DNA of 64,000 nucleotides from Takakia lepidozioides (Eukaryota; Plantae; Bryophyta): NCBI GenBank assembly GCA_030704615.1, contig CM060731.1, positions 49,786,001 to 49,850,000 of the forward strand, read 5' to 3'. Shown piece by piece: positions 38,238 to 49,170 of this stretch (position 1 is its first letter; each line of letters starts with the position of its first letter). The notes under the pieces were generated by a model. It saw only the letters and a program-made list of their open reading frames with translations, ran no database searches and was not told where the DNA came from. The position numbers and the translations under genes were made by a program.

Positions 38238-39440
38238 TATGATGAACTAGTAGCAGCCTAGTGATGGACTAGTGGCTGCACTAGTGGTGGCTAGTGGCAG
38301 CCTAGTGGTTGGACTAGTGGCTGCACTAGTGGTGGCTAGTGGCAGCCTAGTGTTGGACTAGTGGCTGCACTAGCGGTGCACTAGTGATAGACTACTGTTT
38401 GGTGTGCACATGTGTTGTGTGGTCTTGGACAGCGATGTAGTTGTGTAGCGATATGTATGCGCACGACAGCTGTCAAGTTATTTTACCACTAGTGTGAAGT
38501 TAGCTAGGAAATAGCTAGCTTTTATATATTGACATTTGGGATTGATCCAAGTGTCAATCCAGGGGCCAATACATGTTTGGGCACCTGGCGTTGTTATCTT
38601 CACGGCAGATCGCGGTGGGCTCATCTTTCTCGAGTTGAGCCTCACCGCATCTAGCTATGGCGCCGTAGTGTGGATTCCCCATGGTGTGGGATACACTTGG
38701 CTCGACTTAATATATGAATGATGTTTTCATGTGCAAGTATGTGAGTTTGAGAGAGCTCATGTGCTTGTATCATTCCTTTCTTTATCACTCGATTGTGATG
38801 GACTAGTGGCAGCCTAGTGATGGACTTGTGGCTGCACTAGTGGTGGCTAGTGGCAGCCTAGTGATGGACTAGTGGCTGCACTAGTGGTGGCTAGTGGCAG
38901 CCTAGTGGTTGGACTAGTGGCTGCACTAGTGGTGCACTAGTGATAGAGTAGTGTTTGGTGTGCACATATCATCTCACCACAGCGTGCTCTTGTATCCACC
39001 CGGATGGCGCAACACTTCCCTCGAAATGCCGGCAATGTCCTCGCAATTCTCCACTGTGACTCCGACACTCTTGTCTCCACAATGGGAATGTTGTATTGCT
39101 TTACTACAGATGGCTCGTTATGTTGCCGGGGCACGCGCCCTGTGCTCAAAGGAGATGGCGATCTTGAACGTGCAGGACTTCCGGTGCTCGACGAGACCTC
39201 CTCGGGCAACATCACCGGACCACGAGGGAGCGTGCGAATATTCTTGTCAGCTCGCCATGAATCCTCTTCTCCGCCAGGTGCCTCGTCAAGTCTTCGTCTC
39301 ACTGGACGGGTATGAACATCTCCTTCCAAATGCTGGCCTCTTTGCAGCAATGGCGTGTCCCGAAGGCCCTCTCGCAAGGCCGCCACCCACTTCCGAGGAT
39401 TCTGCGATGTAGTTATGTAGCGATATGTATGCGCACGACA
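38238..39440 (+). repeat. 3' terminal repeat block B1 (38238-38468), GC, A2 (38471-38792), B2 (38794-39440); B contains a CTAGTGG minisatellite
   Basis: B1 and B2 share the start t(a/g)tgatg(a/g)actagt and the end gcgatatgtatgcgcacgaca. A G-rich tract agggggg precedes B1. Confidence 0.92.
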
Positions 39441-40630
39441 TACCCATTGTAGGCCATCCTGGCTTTCATAAAACATATCTCGCAGTCAGGAAACACTTTT
39501 CTGGCCTGGGATGAAGAAGAACATACGAGATTATGTTGAAAGGTGTTACCCTTGTCAGGTAACCAAGACAGAATAGATCAAGACTCTTGGACTTTTGCAA
39601 CCTCATGTACCTAGGGCAAAGTGGGAATCTATAAGTATGGATTTCATTGTCTCATTGCCTAAGACAAGAAATGGACATGATGCCATATTTGTAGTGATTG
39701 ATCGCTTGTCGAAGCAGACGCACTTCATACCCACAAAGATGAGTGCTACTGCTATAGACACTTCTAATCTCTTTGTAAAAGAGATATACAGACTGCATGG
39801 ATTGAAATTGTCTGATAGAGATTCGAAGTTTACAAGTGGATTTTGGACTGCTTTGTTCAAAGCTTTGAATACTAGATTATGTTTTAGCAGTGCTTATCAT
39901 CCGGAATCAAACGCTCAGACAGAGAGATTAAATAAAACCTTGGAGGACATGCTCCGAATGTATGTAGGGCAAAGACAGAGCTCGTGGGAGCAATATTTGC
40001 ATTTGGTTGAGTTTGCCTATAATAAGAACATACATACAGCTATTGGGGTAAGCCCATTTAAAGCTGTCTATGTGCAAGATTGCTTGATTCCAGCATCTTG
40101 GCATGTTTCGAACACCAAAGTCAAAAGTGTTAATCAGATGATAGCAATGATGCAGCAAGAGTTGGAATTAATAAAAGATAGCATGAAGAGGGCTCAAGAG
40201 AGTCCTTTAGGGAGTTTGGGATCGGAGATCAAGTATTTTTGAAAGTAATAAGAAGAGCCAGTTGAGCCTGGGAAAATGCTATAAGATTTCCCCAAGGTAC
40301 TGTGGGCCTTTCAAGATTATCAAAAAGATTGGCAAGGTCGCCTACCAGCTAAAACTGCCTGTTAGGTGGAAGATACATGACGTATTTCATGTGAGCCTCT
40401 TAAGGAAATATGTTTCAGATCCCAGCTATGTTCTCCCAGAATTGCCAAAGGTCACAACAGAAGGAGAAGTTGTGGCAGAACCAGAAGAGATCCTTAAGGC
40501 AGAGGTAGAACCTTGAGATCTCGTTCTTGGAATGAATTCTTGATCAAGTGGAAGAATTACCCTGTGGAAGAAGCTACATGGGAGAAAGAAGATGAACTTC
40601 GCAGAAACTTTCCCCATTTCAGTATTGAGG
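39441..40630 (+). pseudogene. Outer element integrase core, GPF motif and chromodomain
   Basis: GHPGFHKTY..WPGMKK..CYPCQ, WESISMDFIVSLP, SDRDSKF, YHPESNAQTER, RYCGPFKI, EFLIKWKNYPVEEATWE. Confidence 0.93.
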
Positions 40631-40643
40631 ACAATACTCCCTT

Positions 40644-40656
40644 AAAGGAGGGGAGG
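40644..40656 (+). promoter_or_regulatory. Polypurine tract of the outer element
   Basis: AAAGGAGGGGAGG just before the 3' LTR. Confidence 0.85.
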
Positions 40657-40659
40657 TAA

Positions 40660-41415
40660 TATAACATTTATGGGAACTCGAACCTGTGACAGGTTTGGCG
40701 GGGCGTTGAAGCGTTCATCTCAGTTCAACAACTGTCTGGCGAGAAGAATGGGGTTGTCATGTGATGAAGCAGGAGGTGGCAGGCTCTATGTGATCATGGC
40801 TACATGTGAATATGATGTGATATAGAAAAGATTAGGGATTCTCTCCCTCTCTCTCCCTGGTGTGAAAAGTTGTAGATACGAGCTGTGAACAGGGATAGAG
40901 AAAAGACATCGAGAAAGTGCCCTAAGATTGAAGAACAGAACTGGGAACGGGGGAGAATTGTGCATGGTGTGGAGGCTGGGAGGACTGGATATATTCCAAT
41001 ACCATGTGCCATCGTTGTGAATTCATACTGTACCTGTCCAGGGAGTTTTAGATTGTTGGGATTCGAACGGATGTTTGGCGTGAGGTGCTATCGTGTAATT
41101 GTACATGACTGGAATAAAGAAAGGTATTTGTGAGCACTAAGTGTGTGACAGGAATGTGGCAAGAGCCACTGTGGGCTCTACTTAGCACTGTGTGATAATC
41201 TGCCCAGAGTCTATGAGCTTTTGCATTGTTGATTGGGCCAAGAATTAGCTAGAGACAGACGGTGTGCAGAGAATAGAAAGAAATCGATTGTCAGAGCCTT
41301 ACAGGTCAAAAATAGAATACTCCAGTGAAGTAGAAGAAGAAAAGAAAATCAAATAGACCTGAACTATGAAGGGCTATTTGAGCCTGTAGGAACTAAAAAA
41401 CTGAGGAATGTAAGA
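40660..41415 (+). repeat. 3' LTR of the outer chromovirus
   Basis: Matches 26780-27534. Confidence 0.95.
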
Positions 41416-42754
41416 CTATATAAATCAGCAGGCTCAGACAAAGTGGGTGGTGGATTTGATCTCAAGTGGTGTACGGTGTGCTTATGTTGAAACTGGAAAT
41501 GTGCATGAGAGCTTGGATGAGTGTGTGTCTCGGAGGATGAGTTTGGATGGGCTTGGATGAGAGTGTGTGTATCTCAGAGGATATGTTTAAAAGAATATAC
41601 CAACCACATGTTGAATGTTATATATGTGTCCATTTTCCTACCGAAAATCAGTGGCTCTTTTGGAATCAAATGACACCATAATTTATGCTTATTTTGGCAA
41701 CGTGTCCACATCATTACTTTACATGTTTTAAATATGTTTATAGGCTAATTTTATTATATTGTGCATATGTGTATTTTAAGCTATGAATTTTTAATGTCTT
41801 TGGTTGTATTATAATAAATATATATGTATATTTTTATTACTTACCTGAGTATGAAAAACGAAAAACGACAATGGAAACGGAATGTAAAGTCTTATATATA
41901 TCATTTGTATACATTTAAATCACCCTCAATGTGTATCAAGTACTAATGAATGCTGATAATATAGTGTAGAGGTCTAGAATTCACATATTGTACGTATGGG
42001 GTTGCAGCTCCTTGGCACCGTTGCAAAAAGTCGCAGAATACCTAAACATCAAAACTTTGAGTGCGACCCCTCGTCATTGCACAAAAAATATGGTGACAAT
42101 TTTTAAAAAAATCTGTTGGGATAGCAAGTGAGAGTTTTTGTAATTCTTTGTTTGTCAATTTTAATACAAATGGGTGTTCTTAAAAGTTTACGATGCACGG
42201 CAGAGTGAAATTGATTATACTATATATGCAGCTAATTGAGCAAACATCGGTTGTGTATTTAAGAGTGCATTTCCCAAAAAAAAATTGTTGTGATATCTTT
42301 TGTGTCGCTATGTACTGCAGGCTTTTTTTTTTATACCGTGATCCCTCTTCTCTTCGTTATTTTGGGAGGAAGCACGGTCTTCTTGGGTTAGCCTCAATGG
42401 AGCCTTATGAGGTTATTTTGTCCTCATTGTAATTGTTATTGTAAAACTTACAATTGTAATTGCAGAATGTTGTGGAATGGATGCCGCGGTTTTAGGTGTA
42501 TTTCCCATTTCGGGTATTTTGATGGTATTCTTGATGGTATTTTGGTTTCATGTTCCCTAAGTTCATCCCACGGTCATAGGACCCTCGGGTATAGGCGCCG
42601 TATGTTTCGGTTGACGTGACAAATACTGACATGGCGCCACGTCAACATTCGACACCATGGCAACCTGCTGGCATCACGCTCACGCCACGTCACCAGTGTG
42701 TGAGCGTACGCTCACAAGCAAAGCTCACGCGGTTGCGTTGTTGTACAACGGGAT

Positions 42755-44550
42755 CGACTCAGGTCTGACACAGTAATTACAAGAGCACTGAAAACATCAA
42801 AGTTCTTACTTTTCTTGGCATCGACTTCTTCATTAATTGATGAGGTCTGCGGCCGTAGTAAAACAGCAGTGATTTTCACAACATCATCTTCCAGAAGCAC
42901 TTCAGACTGAGCTCCTGTTCCCTTCTTTGAAGAACCTATTGAACTACCGAAGTTGTGGGCATGGACAACGGAAGTGCCTGGCACAAAAGTCCGCATGACA
43001 TCTACAAGATACTTAAGCTCTGATGATCCCCATATATTGACCTGTCAGCATTGAGGTATATCAAGATCTTTGGATCAAGGCAATACAAGGAAACCGAGGC
43101 CAATGACCAGATGCAAACGTCAAAAACTTGGTTATTCTCATATAGGAACCCCTGTATTCTCAACAAACGCGAAGAAGATTGGACGATCCATAACAACAAA
43201 AATAACAAATAAAAGCGAACTCAAACGAACATATTCATGACTCCACAAAATCATAAGGTTGGAGGAGATATCTCGAACACAAAGGTAAATGCCTGAATCA
43301 TCTGCTCAAATACATAAGGTCACAATGAGAAAACACTTACCGCCATGCCAACATCTCCAATGTTTGCCAAGGTTAGCAGGAGACCTACACACAAAAAATA
43401 AAATAAAAAATAAAAATAAATAACAAAGATCAAGGAACCGATGCATGAGATTAGTGCGTGTAACCTAGATACTGTTTGATAAAAAATGTGGCCAAAATGT
43501 AACATAGCGAAATGCATGATGATGACACACACGCATGAAAAGGGCGCCCTCGCTGGCACTTGATGCCGTACTTGCCACGTTCCGTGAGACTAGATAAGAT
43601 ATCAATGTACATACCAGGAAGTCCACCAACAGTTTCAAGTAAGAAAAATGTGATCAATCTGTAGAAAACAAATACGACATATTTATTTGGATTGCTGAAA
43701 GTAAAAGCAAGTAGAGCCATATATAGAATGAGGCAGTTAGATAGACAAGCAATCGGCATTAAACCCTAAACCCTAACACAGAAAATACTTTCAAACCAAA
43801 GTATGGCCGAAGGTAAGAATAAGAAGGATCAACAATAAGAAACCCACGTGCCATCAATTAACAGAAGAAAAGCAAACGCCCACCTTTTCCCGGAGAAAGA
43901 GGAGAAAAGTTGCATGCCTTAGATAACTTGATTTTATGCTCTATGCAAAATTGCTGCAACCCCTGGCAAGTCAATCAGCAGTAAAAATGTCAAAAAGATA
44001 ACTCAACTTCTGCAATGTTCTGTGTTGCAAATTGTCTGTGCAACATTTAAGCACCAAACCAAGCAAACACCAGAAAATTAGTAGCTCATCTCACCTCTCC
44101 AGCATTAAAGATAAAACGGTGTTGATCAAAAAACAAAAGCACGCAAGCTGATGTGTCGCCCGTGTCCATGCCCGTACCAAGAATCTGCAAATCACAAAGT
44201 CCACCACTAGGTATATCAAATTCAATCATCATTCCAGTAGAAAACCGTATACTCAAGTCCTACCTCGATGAAAACAAGTAACACATCTACTAAGGGTTTA
44301 GGGTTTAGGCACAGAATTCACAAATCCGCACTTGCACGAAGCTAATTGTACTACTAGGATTCGCCATTGCACTACGCAGCGACAATTGCTTGGGCCCCGT
44401 AGGCCTCTGTTTCTTCCCCATATCCGCAACAGCTTCCTCTACACGCGGAGCCTTGGTATAATTCCGACGATTAATTCCAGCTTTCGCGCTCGTACTCGAG
44501 CCCCCTTCTCGCACTCCAATCTCCGCCCCTTCTCCTCTCACACCATTCAA
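42755..44550 (-). pseudogene. tRNase Z long-form (TRZ3/TRZ4-like) N-terminal fragment; exons ~44550-44332, 44184-44095, 43962-43918, 43658-43615, 43384-43341, 43041-~42755
   Basis: VQILGTGMDTGDTS..LLFFDQHRFIFNAGEGLQQFCIEHKIKLSKIDHIFL..ETVGGLPGLLLTLA..VNIWG. The 43658-43615 exon is frameshifted with a stop (IDHIFLT*). Homology stops after DLS. Confidence 0.88.
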
Positions 44551-44639
44551 TACCCGTATGTTTATTATAACCCCGCATCGAACTGTCCAATTAGGAAAAT
44601 AAAAAATAAAAAAAACAGTCCAGCTCTATCAATCACAAC

Positions 44640-45026
44640 CTACACACAGAAACGCTCCAGCAATTCGCACAATTCGCAAACACACAATAGCTCATCATTA
44701 AAAATAGCACGTTGTTCGAGAATAAGTTTGCGCAATTGTGAAAAAAATTCTACGGATGACCACATATTATCAACGGAGGTGGAGATATTGCAATCCGGTA
44801 TAGTTGAAACTTCAATTTGATAATATAATTGATATTCTTTAGACATGTCATATGATTCTATTCCGGTAGAATTGATCACTATTGTCGGAGGCACATTATT
44901 ATCAATATTAACGAATTTATCCATCCATATACTCACGTTATTAGTTTTTGCCAATTCATGTGCTTTCGATTCTAAATCAATCCAATCAGAACCATAATTC
45001 ATATCACATGAAAATTGAATATGCAT
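44640..45026 (-). CDS. AT-rich 120-128 aa orphan ORF, function unknown
   Basis: Uninterrupted ATG-started ORF with protein-like composition and A/T-ending codons; no recognised motif. Confidence 0.35.
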   Translation of the reverse strand: MHIQFSCDMNYGSDWIDLESKAHELAKTNNVSIWMDKFVNIDNNVPPTIVINSTGIESYDMSKEYQLYYQIEVSTIPDCNISTSVDNMWSSVEFFSQLRKLILEQRAIFNDELLCVCELCELLERFCV

Positions 45027-45933
45027 ATGTCATGTTGAATAATGTTGCTTTTGGGATCCCTCGTTATTCACAAACGTATAAAATAGTAGTAGTTGTTCTC
45101 TAAACTTTCTGAATGAAAGTTGTGCGCCGTGACGTCATGCACCTGCCTGTCCTTGTGGCACCCTAAAATAATACGTCAGTATTTTTTTTAAAAATTGTGC
45201 AGGGTGCCCAATTCAGGGTCCTCCAGCAGCTTTGACCTACCGACGTGGCAGGATATGGGTGGCCTGTACCATGAAAATTCATTTTGCATGTAGATAGGTT
45301 AGAAAATTCATCTATGCATGTAGATAGGTTAGAATGCTTCCAATTTTTTATGGTAGTGAGTTTCCACGCAAGGAACAATATGACAAGAGGAATTCACATT
45401 GTGATGAAAATTCGGACACTTGAGGCAGATTTGGTGTCAATTGTAATGGATGGTCTTTTTGACCCACCTATTTTCCCATACTTGGCAACCCTCATGTGGT
45501 TTTGAAATTTGGTTCTGGAATTTTGGCCCAAGGTGCTCTACATGCCAGGCAATTAGAATCTGGGTATGCTATATCAATGAAAATTCATTTTGCCAGGCCA
45601 ATTGCTTGGTCAAACCCATTTTTCACTCCAAAACTAGAGCACAGTAAACATTTACAGCTTGCATTTTTGTTATAATCTTCGTAATGACACGGTGAAATCA
45701 ACTGAAATTTTTACAGTAGGTTCGTGAAGTACGTAGGATTACTTTCATAGGGTTCACCCCCCTATGTTTCTCAAATGTCATATATGTATAGATAAAACCC
45801 TGCATAGCTTTATAAAAAGACCCAAGTGGGGTGATTGTACAAATGGGTGTAACTCTCCCCAAGAGGAAACAACCAAGCTCGTAGAGCTAGATATATTAAC
45901 ACAAAGAAAGAAATCAAACTATTCTAGTATCAC

Positions 45934-46400
45934 CTACAGCCCGAAGAAGGTCAGACAACAGGAAAGAGGGTGGATCAGAGAGAGTGCGGGGAGGCGAGAT
46001 GAAGCCGCCCTAGCAACCTCCACCCGACGTAAAATAGGTTGAGCCTTTTGCAAAGCAACATAAACTCGTTGTCTAAAGAAAGCTACAAGAACATAGGCGT
46101 ATGGGCTTCCAAGGCTTTTGTTTTCTGCTGCACGGGTGCGAAGGAACTCGTTGAACTGATGATGCAAACAACCAAAGATCTCGACTGCCAAAGGAAGGAA
46201 TGTGTCTGTGGAATGACGTGCCCGATAGTCATGCTCACTTCCCTGCGCAGCTATTGAAGCGGCAACTCCATGTGATGAGGCTGTGCGGGGTAGGAGATCC
46301 GACCTAGTAGGATCAGCGATGACAACGTCCGCCAATGTAGGCAGTCCGTCCTCGCCAATGTAGGCAGTCCGTCCTGTGAGAGAACAAGGTCAACCGTCGT
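45934..46400 (-). mobile_element. 3' fragment of a restriction-like-endonuclease (RLE) non-LTR retrotransposon, CRE-like
   Basis: ADVVIADP..AASIAAQ....Y....FLPLAVEIFGCLH..F..FL..FRQRV.VALQK matches the PD-(D/E)xK RLE C-terminal pattern. Confidence 0.7.
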
Positions 46401-48149
46401 GTACATGTTCCGTTTTGGAATGGGCCCATCAAAAACGGGCTCGTCCTTTAGGGGTTAAACCTGAGCTTGGGCTCTTGGAACGCGATCAAAGTGTTCAACT
46501 AATGTATGTGTGTGGATGAATGAGGTAGATTGTCTCTAGCATGGTGTGTTTGTGAGGAAGGATCCATGGGAAAGCATCTTAGGTCCTCTGCAGTTGGTTC
46601 TCCTCACCTAGCATGCATGCTTAATTGTTACTTGCCCCTAGAAACAGCTAACACTACTGAGGAACGGAATCACTAGCGGGAGCCGGAATCTGGCTTCACA
46701 TAGCGACAGCTCACAAATGATGACTGAGGACTTGACAGGGAGGCAAAGAAAAGAAAAAGAAAAGAAAAGAAAAGAAAATGAGCAAGGTTCTTCTCTTTAT
46801 CAAAGTCTTTCCTTCAGTTCGACTACTGTGAGGCTTGCATGAACTCGAATTTGGATTGTCTATGATCACAGACAGAAAGGTCTGTATTGTGTATGCGATT
46901 GTAACGTTACTCGCTGGCATAAGATCTCAGACAACAAGGGACTCACGATTCATTTTATCTGAGAATACCATTGGACAACATTATGGGGATGAGTAATTTT
47001 TTTTCAGGTGAGCGTGATCCAAATGCTGCAGCGCTTGTGACTACAAATGAGGTATGGCATTGGAGACACCGATTCTGATTGTTCATTTTCTAGCAGCAGC
47101 TCCTCCGCAGTCTTGGCCTCATTCTACCTGCACTCCCTTCTTCTTCAGGAGGTCTTTTAAGTCGTTTTTTTCCTCGAGTATAGAAGTAATTGTAAAGTGG
47201 TGTCTATGAAGTCTACCTTGCCAGGGCTCAAAGTTTACTGTATAAAATAATATCAGATTTCACAGGTTTAGTCGGGAAATTGTCATTTCAGTTCAACTAA
47301 TTGCTAGGAGGGCTCCTTCTTTGCAGGGTCGTTTCTTTCAAAATGGAATGAGTCTTAGCTTGGAAAAAAGAGGTGCGGTTGAGAACATGGTGAGTGCCTC
47401 TGACCTCCTTTCACCCATAAACTGCTTCTTTCAATCTTAGTGTGGAGACCCCTGCAGTGATTGGAATGGAGAATATTGTCATAGCTCGTATGAAAGAGTA
47501 GGTAATGCTTTTCATCTTCCACAAATAAGCCACCTTTTGACACCCACTTAAGCTTCTGATAGAATCTCTGGCCATAGAATGTGTTAGAACGAGGCCTCAA
47601 CTTTCCATGAGGCTCGTGAAGCTACCCATCTCAGTGAAGTATTGAAGAGCATCTTGATGTCCCTTCCAAATGGGATGTATGCACAGCCTCGGATGTAGAC
47701 CACCCTGGATCATCTTACACTGCAACAGGATCAGACCACTTTTGTGAGTTGCGGTATTCACATTGGAACAGCAATTGATGAATCACTTTCATGGTCTTTT
47801 GAAGCGGATGCTCACCTACCCAAGTCCTACCACTGGGGCTGTCTGGTACCTCTCTGTCTTTGTCTCTCTCGTCTTCTCTTGCTTCCAGTGTCATATTGGG
47901 TTTTGGATCAAAGACCCTCCAGTCGAGCCAATAGTAGGGTGCACCACAGCACACTGCCTGACCTATATATGCGTGAGAAAAAGCCATTGTGAAGGGCTAC
48001 TGTGGGGCTGATTGTCAATAGTCTACCAGAGGGAGGGCGTGGTAGGGACTGCCCAGGCTTCTGGAATCTCAGCACCATGGGTTGTCTGGACAGTGGCGGG
48101 TGACCTTGAGATGGATTACAAGCCTCGTCGTTGTCTGGGGTGTTTGGGG

Positions 48150-49170
48150 TGTTTGACAAGCTTTCTTGGTCTGCTCAATAGATGGTGGTTCTAGGGCAGA
48201 GGTGATTGGAAGGCTTTTTGGTTTTGCTTTGAGTGGTTGTCTCGGCAGTTTTTGTTCTTCTGAAGTTTTTCTGAACGATTGTGTTTGTTTGTCTAGACTA
48301 CTTGTCTTCGGTCAAAGTCTTGCATGCTGCCCTTTGTTGGATATTCGGCCATCAGCTTATCATGGTTCTCCCATCATCGATGGATGTGGTGTTTTAAGCT
48401 GATGGGCTGCTCTTCCAACGACATGCAATGTGCAAATGTTGACCTTGGCGAGTTTGGATCCTGAACATGATTGATTGCAAGTTGTATCATGTTTGTCTAG
48501 GGTGTTTCGTTGGGGTTTTGACAGGGTTTCTTGATTTGTTGAATGGATGGTGGTTCTAAGGCAGTCGTGCTTACCTGTCTTGTTTTGTTGTCTCGGCGGT
48601 TTTGATTGTTTGGAGTTAATGGTGAATGATGCTGTTTGTTTGTCTAACACTCTGTCTTTTTTGGTCAAAGACTTGCAACAACCTGTCATTGGAGAAAGCA
48701 GCGATCAGCCTATCACGCTACACCCATGATTGATGGATGTGGTGTTTTAGACTGACAGGCTACTCCTCCAAAGACAAGCAATGTGCAAATGTTGGACCTT
48801 GGTGAGTGTCTGGATCACAAACATAAACGACTGCAAGCTGCAGGTTTGTCTATAGTGTTTGGCTTGGGGGTTTGGCAGGGTTTTTGAATGTATTGAATGG
48901 ATGGTGGTTCTAGGGTAGTGGTGGTTAGAAGGCTGTTTTGTTTTGTTTTGTTTTGTTGTGACGAGTGGTTGTCTCGCCAGTTTTTGTTGTTTTAAAGTTT
49001 TTGTGAACGATTGTGTTTGTTTGTCTGGACTATTCGTCTTTGGTCAAAGACTTGCATGCTCCCCGTCGTTGGAAATGCAGCCATCAGCTTATCACACCCA
49101 TTACTGATGGATATGGTATTTTAAACTGATGACTGCTCCCCCAACGACATGCAACGTGCAAATGTCTACC
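48150..49170. repeat. Three degenerate tandem copies of a ~360-bp unit
   Basis: gatggtggttcta(a/g)gg at 48181, 48546 and 48900; shared ggtcaaag..ttgca, gatggat.tggt.tttta and gcaa.gtgcaaatgt. Confidence 0.85.

Larger units (their letters stand above)
29854..39440 (+). mobile_element. Nested gypsy-like retroelement encoding a DNA cytosine methyltransferase and a PHD finger, with split direct repeats and a 4-bp TSD
   Basis: TGTC...GACA termini, TACC at 29850-29853 and 39441-39444. Removing the element restores the host integrase frame HNIPIVGHPG. Domain relics span 32510-37980. Confidence 0.9.
26780..41415 (+). mobile_element. Ty3/gypsy chromovirus LTR retrotransposon, defective (most of RT and all of RNase H deleted), hosting a nested element
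   Basis: Paired ~755-bp LTRs, Met-tRNA PBS, PPT, gag, CCHC knuckle, protease [12 protein letters not shown] start, integrase, GPF motif, chromodomain. Confidence 0.95.

Noticed and set aside
29854-38792. Ordinary LTR element bounded by A1 and A2 only
   Set aside because: A does not end in CA, no TSD follows A2, and the TACC duplication and restored host frame put the right end at 39440.
38238-38945. CRISPR-like array
   Set aside because: Degenerate minisatellite without unique spacers, inside a retroelement terminal repeat in eukaryotic DNA; no cas genes.
29854-39440. DIRS/PAT/Ngaro tyrosine-recombinase element
   Set aside because: The repeat layout fits, but I found no R-H-R-Y recombinase motifs; a DDE integrase, a protease and a TSD are present.
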